The notes below the pieces were generated by a model. It saw only the letters and a program-made list of their open reading frames with translations, did no database searches and was not told where the DNA came from. The translations under genes were made by a program, and so were the position numbers. A stretch of DNA of 30,692 nt from a virus, in the IMG/VR virus record IMGVR_UViG_3300023197_000086, positions 1 to 30,692 of that record. One strand, written 5' to 3'. This document shows positions 15,630-24,541 of the stretch, piece after piece (the first letter of the stretch is position 1; each line of letters opens with the position of its first letter).

Positions 15630-15983
15630 ATGGGGTTCGTCAGCCTGAACAGCCGGGAAGCCAGACTGTTGGGGGAGACGCCAGAGGACCGGCGGCTGGC
15701 CCTCGAAAACCTGCTGCACGAGCACTTGCAGCACTTGGAGCGGGAGAGCCGTGCGCGCTCCGAACCGCTCTCCGGATACACTCCCGAGACGATCGAGGCC
15801 GTCCGCCACCAACTCGCCACCGACGGCGCCGCGGTCTCGGAGTCCCTCCGCCGCTTGCTCGATCTGCGCTTCAATCAAGAGCTTTCCTTGAAAGCCACTG
15901 GCGAGCAGATCGGCTTCTCCGCCCAAACCGTCAAGAAACACGAACGCAAAGCCCTGACCGCCCTCGGCATCAAACCCGAATAA
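15630..15983 (+). CDS. sigma70 region-4-like HTH protein
   Basis: LRRLLDLRFNQELSLKATGEQIGFSAQTVKKHERKALTALG; start could also be 15591. Confidence 0.8.
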   Translation: MGFVSLNSREARLLGETPEDRRLALENLLHEHLQHLERESRARSEPLSGYTPETIEAVRHQLATDGAAVSESLRRLLDLRFNQELSLKATGEQIGFSAQTVKKHERKALTALGIKPE

Positions 15984-15987
15984 AACA

Positions 15988-16030
15988 GGCAGGTAGGTGA
16001 CCGGTCAAACCCGGCCGCAGCCTACCTGCC
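15988..16030 (+). terminator. hairpin after the HTH gene (possible terminator, no U-tract)
   Basis: GGCAGGTAGG...CCTACCTGCC 10-bp inverted repeat. Confidence 0.35.
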
Positions 16031-17086
16031 CTATCCCTGCCGAGAAAATGCAATGGTGAGAGCAAACAGCCTAGCAGGGCCGTCCCTCCTAAAGCAACTG
16101 ATGCAATAGATTTAAGTGGGAAGCGGATGAGGGCGTGCGTGTCGAGACGTCGCCCGCCAATAAATAGACCCCTCCCTTCTAGCAGATTGGAAGAAAGGTT
16201 ACTAGAGGAGGAGGGGATGGAAGGCAGGGTTTGGCGTGCCTAAAAAGTGAAAGCATGCCCACATCCCCCCCTGGGGGTATTGATACAGCCTAGTCGGTGT
16301 GTTAGTATTGGGGTAGATGACCAAGATAGGGTCAAGATGGAGGATGATAGGCTCAAGATAACCTGAGAGAAGCTGTGACGTATTAGCAAGGTGACGGGGA
16401 GAGCGCGTCGCGTGAGCACGTGCACCCCCGGATTGCCGCGAGACGCCCCGGCAACCGACCGTGACCGGTGCTGCGGGCAAGGGACGGGAGTACGTCTTGC
16501 GGGATAAGGGGAGCGGACACACGTCCGCCAGAGCTCCCACGCCCATACATACCGGACAGCCACACGGTCTGCACGTCCCGTGCGAGTCCTCTGCCACCCG
16601 TGCATCCTCTAGCGGGACACCGTGAGAAACGGCTGGCACACGTACCGAATGGCTCTGCGTGTGTGGTGGACCTTGGGACACGCCCACACCTATGTCCTCA
16701 CTATAGATGACCGGATTGCACTCCGACACTCGCGCGCACATCTCTGGACACATGGCTACACCCCCAGTGTAACCCGTAAAGGAGTGAGTGTGCTATGCCC
16801 CGCAACAGTGTATGGGTGCAGGAGATGTGCAATGACTGTAAGACGCCCCGTTACAACGTGAGTCGCTACACCATTGACACTCAAGTGGCAGACGCTACGC
16901 CGATATGTGCGGTATTGTGCAGCGTTCCAGCCGGGACTTATGCCCTGAGTGTGCCGATGGGTACGACGTCAAGGGACGTCTGTTATATCCCTTGACGTTG
17001 AAGCAAGCGGCGATCTTGACAGGCTGACACGGACGACGGACACGCCATGTGTCCAGAGACGTGCGTGCGAGTGACCCCGCAATCCC

Positions 17087-17798
17087 GCCTCTGACCGTCA
17101 CGGTTGGGTGCCCCATCTCTCCAACGCCCAACGAATGGAGGGATACGATGTCAGAGAACGGTGCCCCGACTGTGACGACCGACCCCATCGACGTGCGCAA
17201 CAGCCGTCTCGAAGACGAATCTGACGGCGAGTTCGAGAGCGGCGAGCAGTTCCGTCAGTACGCCGAGCAATCGGCCACGATGAGCGTGTCGGACGACGAC
17301 GTGCTGGCCCTCTTCCAGGAGTTCGAGAAGATCGTCCTTGAAGGGATGGGCAAGCTACCGACCGGGTGTGTCGGCATCAACACTCGGTTCGACACGCTGC
17401 GCTTGTCCGACGACGTGGGCGATCGAGCACGGGGCTTTGAGAAGATCGCCCCGTTCATCGCCCCCAAGAGTCGCAAGCTCGGCCTCAAGTTGACGAACGC
17501 CCCGTTCAGCGACGGCGGGCGCAACATGTCGTTGCGCCGCAATCAGAAGAAGAACGGCGCGTACTCCGACGGCGCCGTGGTCAGCATCAAGTCCTGGATT
17601 CAGAACTCGTCTCCGCTCCAAGACGGCAAGCGGATCAAGGACTGGTTTCAGGATAACCTGCCGCAACAGGGGCCGTGCTTCTACAGCACCGAGTTCCTGC
17701 AAGACGGCCACGGCAACGACTGGCTTGTCGTGGACCTGGACGACCCTGTGCAGTAAGTAACGCCCACGATGGGGCACCCACCCGTGACGGTCAGCGGC
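17087..17798. repeat. 31-bp inverted repeats (17087-17117 and 17768-17798) flanking one gene
   Basis: GCCTCTGACCGTCACGGTTGGGTGCCCCATC versus GATGGGGCACCCACCCGTGACGGTCAGCGGC, 2 mismatches. Confidence 0.85.
17148..17756 (+). CDS. hypothetical protein (202 aa)
   Basis: GGAGG RBS, strong GC3 codon bias. Confidence 0.85.
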   Translation: MSENGAPTVTTDPIDVRNSRLEDESDGEFESGEQFRQYAEQSATMSVSDDDVLALFQEFEKIVLEGMGKLPTGCVGINTRFDTLRLSDDVGDRARGFEKIAPFIAPKSRKLGLKLTNAPFSDGGRNMSLRRNQKKNGAYSDGAVVSIKSWIQNSSPLQDGKRIKDWFQDNLPQQGPCFYSTEFLQDGHGNDWLVVDLDDPVQ

Positions 17799-17816
17799 CT
17801 AGGAGTGATCCAATCC

Positions 17817-18251
17817 ATGTCCCGCAACATCCGAGTGCCCCGCTTCTACGACGTGCCCGATCACGTCGGGTATTGGGATCTGCCGAAGCCGTCGTTCTTC
17901 GTGACGGCGGGATCGCACCGCCGCCTCGTTGACGCGGACGCCGACATTCCCGGCATCCCCGACATGCAGCGCGTCAATGACATGCGCTTCCCCATCGGCG
18001 ACATCATGCGCCCCGATCCCAGACGGCGCAAAAGCAAGCTGGGCACGTATGCCAAGCGCGACCCGGTAGCCAAGTTGGCGGACACGATACGCCGCCAAAA
18101 CTACCGAACCGGCAACACGCATGAACAATGGAAGACGCGCGTTATCCAACGCATGGAGCGCCGTGCGCAAAAGCGCCGCACGCTCCAACGGCGAAAGAAC
18201 GGACATAACACGACCGAGGAGTGCAACGCCGCCAAAGTCAACGCTATCTAG
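17817..18251 (+). CDS. basic hypothetical protein
   Basis: AGGAG RBS; followed by a terminator. Confidence 0.6.
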   Translation: MSRNIRVPRFYDVPDHVGYWDLPKPSFFVTAGSHRRLVDADADIPGIPDMQRVNDMRFPIGDIMRPDPRRRKSKLGTYAKRDPVAKLADTIRRQNYRTGNTHEQWKTRVIQRMERRAQKRRTLQRRKNGHNTTEECNAAKVNAI

Positions 18252-18275
18252 GGCCGGTGTGCCCAAGGGAGATTC

Positions 18276-18310
18276 GCCCCGCTCGCCGCTCCGGTGGGCG
18301 GGGCTTTTTT
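18276..18310 (+). terminator. rho-independent terminator
   Basis: GCCCCGCTCGCCG-CTC-CGGTGGGCGGGGC followed by TTTTTT. Confidence 0.85.
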
Positions 18311-18392
18311 ATTGGATCGGCGGGCCGCAAGCGGACACGGCCATACGCCCGCGATTACGCCCGCCCCATCACTTCACGCGAAAGGAGGCACC

Positions 18393-18545
18393 ATGAAGCT
18401 CGCCCGCCAACTGTCCCGCGAGGAACGGGACAAACTCAAGCAGATCGCGGACGACACCCCGCCCCAAAAGCACATTCCGCTCACTCGCGCCGAGCGCGAC
18501 GAACTGGCCGAGGAGATGGCGAGCCAGAGCGGGGCCAACCGTTGA
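18393..18545 (+). CDS. small hypothetical protein (50 aa)
   Basis: AAGGAGG RBS; internal repeat LSREERDKL/LTRAERDEL. Confidence 0.7.
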   Translation: MKLARQLSREERDKLKQIADDTPPQKHIPLTRAERDELAEEMASQSGANR

Positions 18546-18643
18546 CCCCGCTCTGGCTCGACCTGCTCGCCACGCTCGTCGGCTACATCGTCACCGGCGG
18601 CCTCATCGTGCTGCCGGTCCTGCTCGACGCGCTCAAGGACTAA
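18542..18643 (+). CDS. small single-TM protein
   Basis: LWLDLLATLVGYIVTGGLIVLPVLL; TTGA overlap. Confidence 0.5.
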   Translation: MTPLWLDLLATLVGYIVTGGLIVLPVLLDALKD

Positions 18644-18714
18644 CCCTGGCAAGCGGGCGTGGAACACCGCCCGCCTGTCGTCACCTATCCCACAGCGAAA
18701 GGAGGACACCCAAC

Positions 18715-18864
18715 ATGAACGAAGTCACACTGGCCGAGCCCACTCGGGACGTGGGCACGTTCGAGGCCATCCGCAAGGTGCGTGACGAGATGCGCCGCAA
18801 GGGCGAGCGCTACCTCTCGTCAACGGAGTTCCGTCGCCGGTACAACCGGTACCGCTCGCGCTAA
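18715..18864 (+). CDS. small basic protein (49 aa)
   Basis: AAGGAGG RBS; MNEVTLAEPT..RRRYNRYRSR. Confidence 0.6.
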   Translation: MNEVTLAEPTRDVGTFEAIRKVRDEMRRKGERYLSSTEFRRRYNRYRSR

Positions 18865-19100
18865 AGCCACGCCCTACACGACCAGCACTGCGGCGCAGAC
18901 GGGAGGACGGCCACACCACAACTCGGACAAGCCGACTCGCCACTTGTTTCACTACGCGGTCGAGTTGTTTCACTACGCCCAACGGGCTCCGACCCGATAG
19001 CGCTTAGGATTTCCTGCTTCACCTTGCCGTCCTCCCGATACGTGCGGGCCCAATACTTGTGGACCCGCTGACCGCGCCGTACTCGCTTCACAAATGCCAT
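18861..19100 (-). CDS. small beta-sheet DNA-binding-like protein
   Basis: MAFVKRVRRGQRVHKYWARTYREDGKVKQEILSAIG resembles three-stranded arm-binding/IS1634 N-terminal-type domains. Confidence 0.6.
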   Translation of the reverse strand: MAFVKRVRRGQRVHKYWARTYREDGKVKQEILSAIGSEPVGRSETTRPRSETSGESACPSCGVAVLPSAPQCWSCRAWL

Positions 19101-19153
19101 TGTTTCACTACAGTACCCAACTGTTTCACTACAAACAAGGACTGTTTCACTAC
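18945..19153. repeat. five direct repeats TGTTTCACTAC with 21-bp period (iteron-like)
   Basis: exact copies at 18945, 18966, 19101, 19122 and 19143. Confidence 0.92.
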
Positions 19154-19362
19154 AAGGGAAGGAGGCCCTCCATGAAGCGACTTTCCCGATTGCTGCTGGG
19201 CCGTCATAAGCCAGAACCCACCGGAGCAGCTAGGTGGGAATGGCACGACGGACGGTACTTGCGGGTGTGGTGACGCGCCCACGCGGGCGCGCACGCATGC
19301 GGGAGACCGGCTCTGTCTAGAGAAACGTGCTGGGGTCGACCGACCCCGAACGGAGGTGCCAC

Positions 19363-19746
19363 ATGGATCTATCCCTCGTCCAAGCACCGCGACGCCTGGA
19401 TTACGAACGCCGCTCCCATCAGGAACTCGCCGTGCGTGCGTTGCGGCGAGTCGAGCGGGACGCGCATGAGGTTGAGACGGCGGAGACGATCGGCCTGGCG
19501 CTCCTCGCGGCGCAGTGGAGTGGCTACTGGTACGCCAAGGCGCTCCATCACGCCATGGTGGTGGAGGACATGGACCGGCGGCGGAGCGACTGCCCGGTAG
19601 CGCGCACCCGCTTTCGGCGGCGGGTGGAAGAGCGGCTGACGGCGGCGTGGCGACGGGTGGACATGGTGAGCGACGAGCACGCTGCCGACTGCACTTGGCA
19701 ACCGGAGACGCGGGAGGTGCCATGCCGACAACCGCAACCGAGCTGA
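19363..19746 (+). CDS. hypothetical protein
   Basis: GGAGGTG RBS. Confidence 0.7.
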   Translation: MDLSLVQAPRRLDYERRSHQELAVRALRRVERDAHEVETAETIGLALLAAQWSGYWYAKALHHAMVVEDMDRRRSDCPVARTRFRRRVEERLTAAWRRVDMVSDEHAADCTWQPETREVPCRQPQPS

Positions 19747-19920
19747 CGGATGCGCAGGAGGTCGCGTTGGAGGAGCTGTACCGGCGTGACCCGGACGGGG
19801 CACGATCGCTCGACGAGTTTGTGGGGGCGGTGTTACACGATCCCGTTGTTGGCCCCGGTTTTCGTGGACTGGAACGGGATGACGGTCGGGATCGAGTCTG
19901 ACGGCTACTGCCACACGTAA
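19722..19920 (+). pseudogene. small phage protein with apparent +1 frameshift near 19855
   Basis: frame 0 MPTTATELTDAQEVAL..; the +1 frame gives FVDWNGMTVGIESDGYCHT* ending just before the next RBS. Confidence 0.55.
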
Positions 19921-19939
19921 TGGAGAGGAGTGGACAGAC

Positions 19940-20230
19940 ATGGCTGCGGGACCGAGGCAGGTATTGGGCGAGATGCAGGAGCGGGTCGGTCGGATGCAGA
20001 AGGACTTGGCAATGAACAAGCATGCGATCGGGCATGCGCCGGCGTTTGCGGCGCCCCATGCGTTGAGCGTGGCGGAGATGGGGGAGTTGGAGCGCCTTCA
20101 CTCGGAGGCGCAGGCCGCCCTTCGGGCATTGGAGGGTCGGCTGGAGGAGAAGCGAGCGGACATGCCGACGGGCACGGCGGAGGAATTGATCGAGGCGGCG
20201 GAAGAAGAAGATAAGGTCGCCGCTCCGTAG
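19940..20230 (+). CDS. hypothetical coiled-coil protein
   Basis: GAGGAG RBS. Confidence 0.7.
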   Translation: MAAGPRQVLGEMQERVGRMQKDLAMNKHAIGHAPAFAAPHALSVAEMGELERLHSEAQAALRALEGRLEEKRADMPTGTAEELIEAAEEEDKVAAP

Positions 20231-20339
20231 GGGGCGGCGGGGCACACACTCCTCAGGGACGCCCACGGGCATGGCTTGAACGCGCCATGTCCGTGGCCAC
20301 GACGCCGGACGATATTTCCGAAGAAGGGAGGGTTTCGAC

Positions 20340-20675
20340 ATGACGACAGCGACGGCCGACGAGGCGATCGAGGTGCCGGAGAGACCGGCATGCCAGAAGC
20401 GGGTGGCGCCGGAGTTTGCCCCGCCACCTAGTCGGAAGCAGATCGGGCCACAGAGTGCGGTCCGTTTCAACCTGCTGCTGGCGTTGCGATCGCTGCGACG
20501 TTTCCGCCGGACAAGCGACCCGTCGGAGATCTGGCGGGCGAGCTTCTGTTGGCGGGACGCGCTGGGTGACGCGGAGCGGGACGACGAATACCGCATGGCC
20601 CTGCGGGTCTACGTGCGGATCAACAACCGGATGGAGGCGATGCGCAAGGAGCGGCGGCATGAGCCGTCTTGCTGA
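20340..20675 (+). CDS. hypothetical protein
   Basis: GGAGG RBS. Confidence 0.7.
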   Translation: MTTATADEAIEVPERPACQKRVAPEFAPPPSRKQIGPQSAVRFNLLLALRSLRRFRRTSDPSEIWRASFCWRDALGDAERDDEYRMALRVYVRINNRMEAMRKERRHEPSC

Positions 20676-20766
20676 GGAGTCGGATCTCGTCGAGGAGATG
20701 GTGAGCATTGCCATTCACCACCCCGAAGCGACGTGGGGCAACGTGTTCTTCGACCTCGGCCAATAA
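20659..20766 (+). CDS. small hypothetical protein
   Basis: AAGGAG RBS, MSRLAEESDLVEEM.. Confidence 0.5.
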   Translation: MSRLAEESDLVEEMVSIAIHHPEATWGNVFFDLGQ

Positions 20767-20860
20767 CCCCACGCGCGTAGACGGCCACACGCGGTCTACA
20801 AGACGGACGTTGTGTCTTAGACTCGACGCCACGCAAAGGAGACGGAAAGGGGCTGAGTCT

Positions 20861-21343
20861 ATGTCGAGCACCACAGCGGCCCCGCCTGTCCTCGCCGCCA
20901 CCAACCCAGAGTGGAAGGCGAAGATCGGGGCGGCGCTGCACCAATGCACCGAGTTCATGGACGCTTACGGCGCGACCACCGACCTTCCGCCCGAGGAAGC
21001 GCCCGACCCGATTTACATCCGCCTGCTCTGGCGACTCGCCATCGCCGCCGGCCGGTACGACAACGTGCGACGGCTGAGCGACAACGAGCGCGAGCAGGTC
21101 TGGTCCGCAAACGAGGACGCCCGTGACCCCCGCATCGTCGAGCACACCCGGTACGGAACCGGCATCGGCCAGTCCGACCAACTCCAGCGACTCGAAGGCA
21201 AGGAAGAAGGCGTGCGCCTGCACCTCGAAGACTTGCTCACCATCGCCGAAGACCTCGGCGTCCTCGAATGGGACGCCGACAAGCAACGGTGGACAATCGT
21301 TGCCCCTTACAAGAAGGAGGCGACAGAAGAAAATGACCCTTGA
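20861..21343 (+). CDS. hypothetical protein (160 aa)
   Basis: AAGGGGCTGAGT motif before ATG; strong codon bias. Confidence 0.8.
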   Translation: MSSTTAAPPVLAATNPEWKAKIGAALHQCTEFMDAYGATTDLPPEEAPDPIYIRLLWRLAIAAGRYDNVRRLSDNEREQVWSANEDARDPRIVEHTRYGTGIGQSDQLQRLEGKEEGVRLHLEDLLTIAEDLGVLEWDADKQRWTIVAPYKKEATEENDP

Positions 21344-21674
21344 CGAATTCTTGAACGCCTTAGCGGAAGCGGCGCAACGTGACGACGTCGAACCCCGACC
21401 GGCCTCGCCGATCGCCTCTTCACACGGCTTCAGCTCTCACCACTTCATGCTCCGGTTCAGCATCCACGGAGACGCAGAATGCTACTGCCCCATCACACTC
21501 GTCTGCTTTGACCAGACGGGGGAGAGCTACGGCTCCGGTTTTTGGGACGCCGCCGCCGACAAACTCGGATTGGACCAAGAGATCGCATCCGAGATTGTGG
21601 GTGCGGCCGACCACGAAGCCGACAGAGATCCCGATCTAAGAGAGCAACTCAAGTCGGCAGTGGGAAAGGAGTGA
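21333..21674 (+). CDS. hypothetical protein
   Basis: MTLDEFLNAL..CYCPIT..LGL..IVGAAD. Confidence 0.75.
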   Translation: MTLDEFLNALAEAAQRDDVEPRPASPIASSHGFSSHHFMLRFSIHGDAECYCPITLVCFDQTGESYGSGFWDAAADKLGLDQEIASEIVGAADHEADRDPDLREQLKSAVGKE

Positions 21675-21678
21675 TTCG

Positions 21679-22128
21679 ATGCACCTGCTTACCGAAGGCG
21701 TAAGCGAGCCGGCGCTGTGCTTCACAGTCGAAATGACGGAACTGGACGAGACGGACTACAACATCCTCCTCCATCGCTTCAAACGGTTCCAAGCGATGCC
21801 GGGCGCCCGGACGGGCGACTGGCTCATCATGCCGAGCGGACGGTTCCGGCGCATTGCCCACCATTGGGGCGACCGCGTGCAACCCACATCCGGACGGGGA
21901 TCGTTCCACCTCACCGACGGCGGCGAGCTCGATCACAGCGGCGGATTGCAGTCGCCGATCCCGAGGGAACAGCTCGTCGACACCGGGCGGCGCAAGCCCG
22001 GCCAGGTCTGGTTCTTCCACCACAACAGGTGGCTGGCGCACAACGGGGTCACGACCACGATCCCGCTGCGCATCTTCCAGGTCGAGGGCGAGGTTCAGGA
22101 GGATCGGCCCTACGGGGAGGACTTATGA
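21679..22128 (+). CDS. conserved phage/ICE hypothetical protein (possibly DUF4121-like)
   Basis: GARTGDW..GSFHL..SGGL..WFFHHNRWLAHNGV; family recalled, not searched. Confidence 0.75.
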   Translation: MHLLTEGVSEPALCFTVEMTELDETDYNILLHRFKRFQAMPGARTGDWLIMPSGRFRRIAHHWGDRVQPTSGRGSFHLTDGGELDHSGGLQSPIPREQLVDTGRRKPGQVWFFHHNRWLAHNGVTTTIPLRIFQVEGEVQEDRPYGEDL

Positions 22129-22331
22129 TGCTCACCTTCCTAGCCGTTGACTACGACGGCAGCCACACCGACCTGTTTGTGGAAGCTGAGAATATCATCG
22201 GCTTCCGCGAACCGCTGCCGCTCGATCCACCGGGGAGCGAGCACGCCAATGCCGTCTTGCTCTTGCGAGGCGGCCACCAGGCGTTTGTCGAAGACTACAC
22301 CAGCGACGTGCTGGTCCGATTGGAGGGCTGA
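22125..22331 (+). CDS. small protein, possibly FlbD-like fold
   Basis: GGAGG RBS; LFVEAENIIGF..AVLLLRGG..FVEDYTSDV. Confidence 0.65.
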   Translation: MMLTFLAVDYDGSHTDLFVEAENIIGFREPLPLDPPGSEHANAVLLLRGGHQAFVEDYTSDVLVRLEG

Positions 22332-22332
22332 G

Positions 22333-22725
22333 ATGCATCCCTACATCATGGTGTTCTCACCCGAGCACGGGCTTGCCTACCGCATCGAGAGAGACAAGCT
22401 GCTCTACGCCGACATCGGGACGATCCCCGAATGGAGCGAACTGGAGAACGCGCCTGCCAAGTTTCGGCATACCCATCAGATCGTGCTGGACAAGCTGGGC
22501 GTCAGTCTCGTCAGACGCCAGCAGATCCTCGGCCAAATCGACTACGAATCGGTGAGCTTTGCCGAAGCTGAAACGTTCGACAAACTGACCGACAACCAGC
22601 TGATCAGCGAATACACGCGCCTCTTCTTCTACAAAGAGCTCATCGACGAGCCTGAGTCTCAGTACATGATCGACATCGCCTTGGAACTCAAAGGGCGAGG
22701 CTACCGGATAGGAGAACTAGCTTGA
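22333..22725 (+). CDS. hypothetical protein
   Basis: GGAGGGCTGA RBS, operonic. Confidence 0.7.
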   Translation: MHPYIMVFSPEHGLAYRIERDKLLYADIGTIPEWSELENAPAKFRHTHQIVLDKLGVSLVRRQQILGQIDYESVSFAEAETFDKLTDNQLISEYTRLFFYKELIDEPESQYMIDIALELKGRGYRIGELA

Positions 22726-22823
22726 ACATCTCGCCACGCCACGCCCATGAAGTCCGCGCCCGCATCCAGGCGTTCCGACTCCAGTGCCAGAACGCAGACG
22801 GGTCCAACGAGAAAGGAGAACCC

Positions 22824-23090
22824 ATGCCAAAGAAACTCGAACAATCCGAAATGACGGATTCTGAGAAGCAACTTCTGGGCGAGCATGTGCCCGCCAACCC
22901 TCAACAGGTGATCGGGCGACAGATCGCCCGATACATGCGGAAGGCCGAACTTCATCGGCACATCGTGAATACCAACGAGGACGAGCGGGATGAGCACAGC
23001 AGACTAGCTGATGAGTGCGAACGCTTGATGCACGAACTGGACGATCTATGGGACAAACTGGACAAAGGGGAGGTATCTGTCAATCCATGA
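22824..23090 (+). CDS. hypothetical protein
   Basis: AAGGAG RBS. Confidence 0.7.
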   Translation: MPKKLEQSEMTDSEKQLLGEHVPANPQQVIGRQIARYMRKAELHRHIVNTNEDERDEHSRLADECERLMHELDDLWDKLDKGEVSVNP

Positions 23091-23326
23091 CTGTTGGCCA
23101 ACTACGCAAACAACTGGAGCGATTCGATGACAAGGCGATCGTCTGTATTCAGCAGCCACTCCACGACTATGTGGGGCGGGTAATGGCAGCCGACGCTTCG
23201 TACATCCAGCGCCTTCCCGTAGAGGTTGAAGACGATGGCCGGTTCAAGCGACGCATCATTCAAGACGAGGACGACAATCCGTTCAACACGGATCGACACA
23301 CCGTAATCGTAATATGTTCTCTATAG
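23087..23326 (+). CDS. small phage protein (MTVGQL..L..FD motif)
   Basis: GGAGG RBS, ATGA overlap. Confidence 0.75.
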   Translation: MTVGQLRKQLERFDDKAIVCIQQPLHDYVGRVMAADASYIQRLPVEVEDDGRFKRRIIQDEDDNPFNTDRHTVIVICSL

Positions 23327-23335
23327 GAGGCAACG

Positions 23336-23806
23336 ATGGCAGGAGACGTTCAAACGCTGTTCGACTACGGCACCGACGACGAGTTGAAGCAGTCGTTCCA
23401 TCGGACCCGTGCCCAACTGCGCAATGCGAGCTTGTGGTCGGATCTGTTCGACCAATTCCGTGCCATCAAGCGGGAGCTGATGTGTCGAGGCTACGAGGTT
23501 CGTGACGACCGCCCCGGACCGGACGAGATCATTCCCGTGGACCGGGCCAAGCTGGCCGAACGAGCGAGCTCCCGCCAATGGGAGGCGGATGACGTCGTGC
23601 GCTACCACGGAACCGACGTGGTGCGGAAAGTCTTCGCCGGCCTGTTCTGGTACAGCGGCCTCGGCTGCGGCCACTACTACTCGACCGACAGCTGGTGCTA
23701 CGCCTGCGACGCCGATCAGGCAGCTGTGTTGTCGATGCAGGACGGCGTGGAGTTCAAGCGGATCGACTCGTTCGATCTGTTCCGGCCGACAGCAGTCCAT
23801 GACTGA
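23336..23806 (+). CDS. hypothetical protein
   Basis: AGGAGG RBS. Confidence 0.75.
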   Translation: MAGDVQTLFDYGTDDELKQSFHRTRAQLRNASLWSDLFDQFRAIKRELMCRGYEVRDDRPGPDEIIPVDRAKLAERASSRQWEADDVVRYHGTDVVRKVFAGLFWYSGLGCGHYYSTDSWCYACDADQAAVLSMQDGVEFKRIDSFDLFRPTAVHD

Positions 23807-24023
23807 TCTTCCCGAACCACCCGATCGGTTCCTCTTGATCCCGCCCCGACAGCAGGAGGATCGACCGAGCTGCGACACGAAGGGTTGCATGCGCGCCGCC
23901 GAAGCCTTCATCAATGCCGGGGCGGACCGAGATAAGCTGTGCCGCAAGTGCTGGTGGGAGAACGCAGATAGGGCGTTCTCCACCCACAACGATCTGAGCA
24001 AGGCCGATTACCTGGAGGAGTAG
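23799..24023 (+). CDS. small zinc-binding protein
   Basis: CDTKGC..LCRKC. Confidence 0.65.
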   Translation: MTDLPEPPDRFLLIPPRQQEDRPSCDTKGCMRAAEAFINAGADRDKLCRKCWWENADRAFSTHNDLSKADYLEE

Positions 24024-24058
24024 GGGCAACCGTTGCCCCAGTGAAAGGGGCTGAGTCC

Positions 24059-24241
24059 ATGGAGGAGCACTCGCTGTTCGATGAGTCGCCCTCCCGTACC
24101 ACACCCACCAAGAACGGAACCGTGCCCGAACCCAATACCTGCCGCGTCTGTGGCGAATCCAAACACTACGACGGGAACCTGACCATTCTGAATCAAGTCG
24201 TGTGCGCCCTGTGCCGCATGAAAGGACACGACAAGGCTTAA
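24059..24241 (+). CDS. small zinc-finger protein
   Basis: CRVC..CALC; AAGGGGCTGAGT motif. Confidence 0.65.
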   Translation: MEEHSLFDESPSRTTPTKNGTVPEPNTCRVCGESKHYDGNLTILNQVVCALCRMKGHDKA

Positions 24242-24259
24242 CTTGAAGGAGGGGCTGAA

Positions 24260-24541
24260 ATGCAACTGATCGGATACTCCACCCGTTTCCCCGGCGACGG
24301 GGTGACGGTTCCCTACCGGATCGTGCTCTGTCGCCGAGACGAGGGCGACTACTGCACCCACTTCTACAACGAACAACAGGGTGCCCTGGCCTACGGGCAC
24401 TACGACATGAGCTTCGACCAAGCCCTCGCCGATTTCGTCCGTCGGATCGGGCGGACGCAGAAGATGGCGGAGAAACTTCGTGTCGAGGCCGTCAACTTCG
24501 GCGGTCTTGTCGAGTGGGAGCTGATCTCTCATGCCGCATGA
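24260..24541 (+). CDS. hypothetical protein (YGHY motif)
   Basis: YCTHFYN..LAYGHY..ALADF; RBS present. Confidence 0.75.
   Translation: MQLIGYSTRFPGDGVTVPYRIVLCRRDEGDYCTHFYNEQQGALAYGHYDMSFDQALADFVRRIGRTQKMAEKLRVEAVNFGGLVEWELISHAA

Noticed and set aside
16202-16753. 183-aa ORF in the central gap
   Set aside because: No RBS, atypical composition and no codon bias
16852-16961. Self-targets of array spacers (TACAACGTG at 16852, CCGATGGG at 16954)
   Set aside because: Single 8-9-mer matches are expected by chance in 30 kb, and the partner spacer is not adjacent; the search was by eye and not exhaustive
19088-20596. 502-aa minus-strand ORF (also 26482-27933, 28946-29899, 29985-30602)
   Set aside because: Antisense shadows of well-supported plus-strand genes in GC-rich DNA
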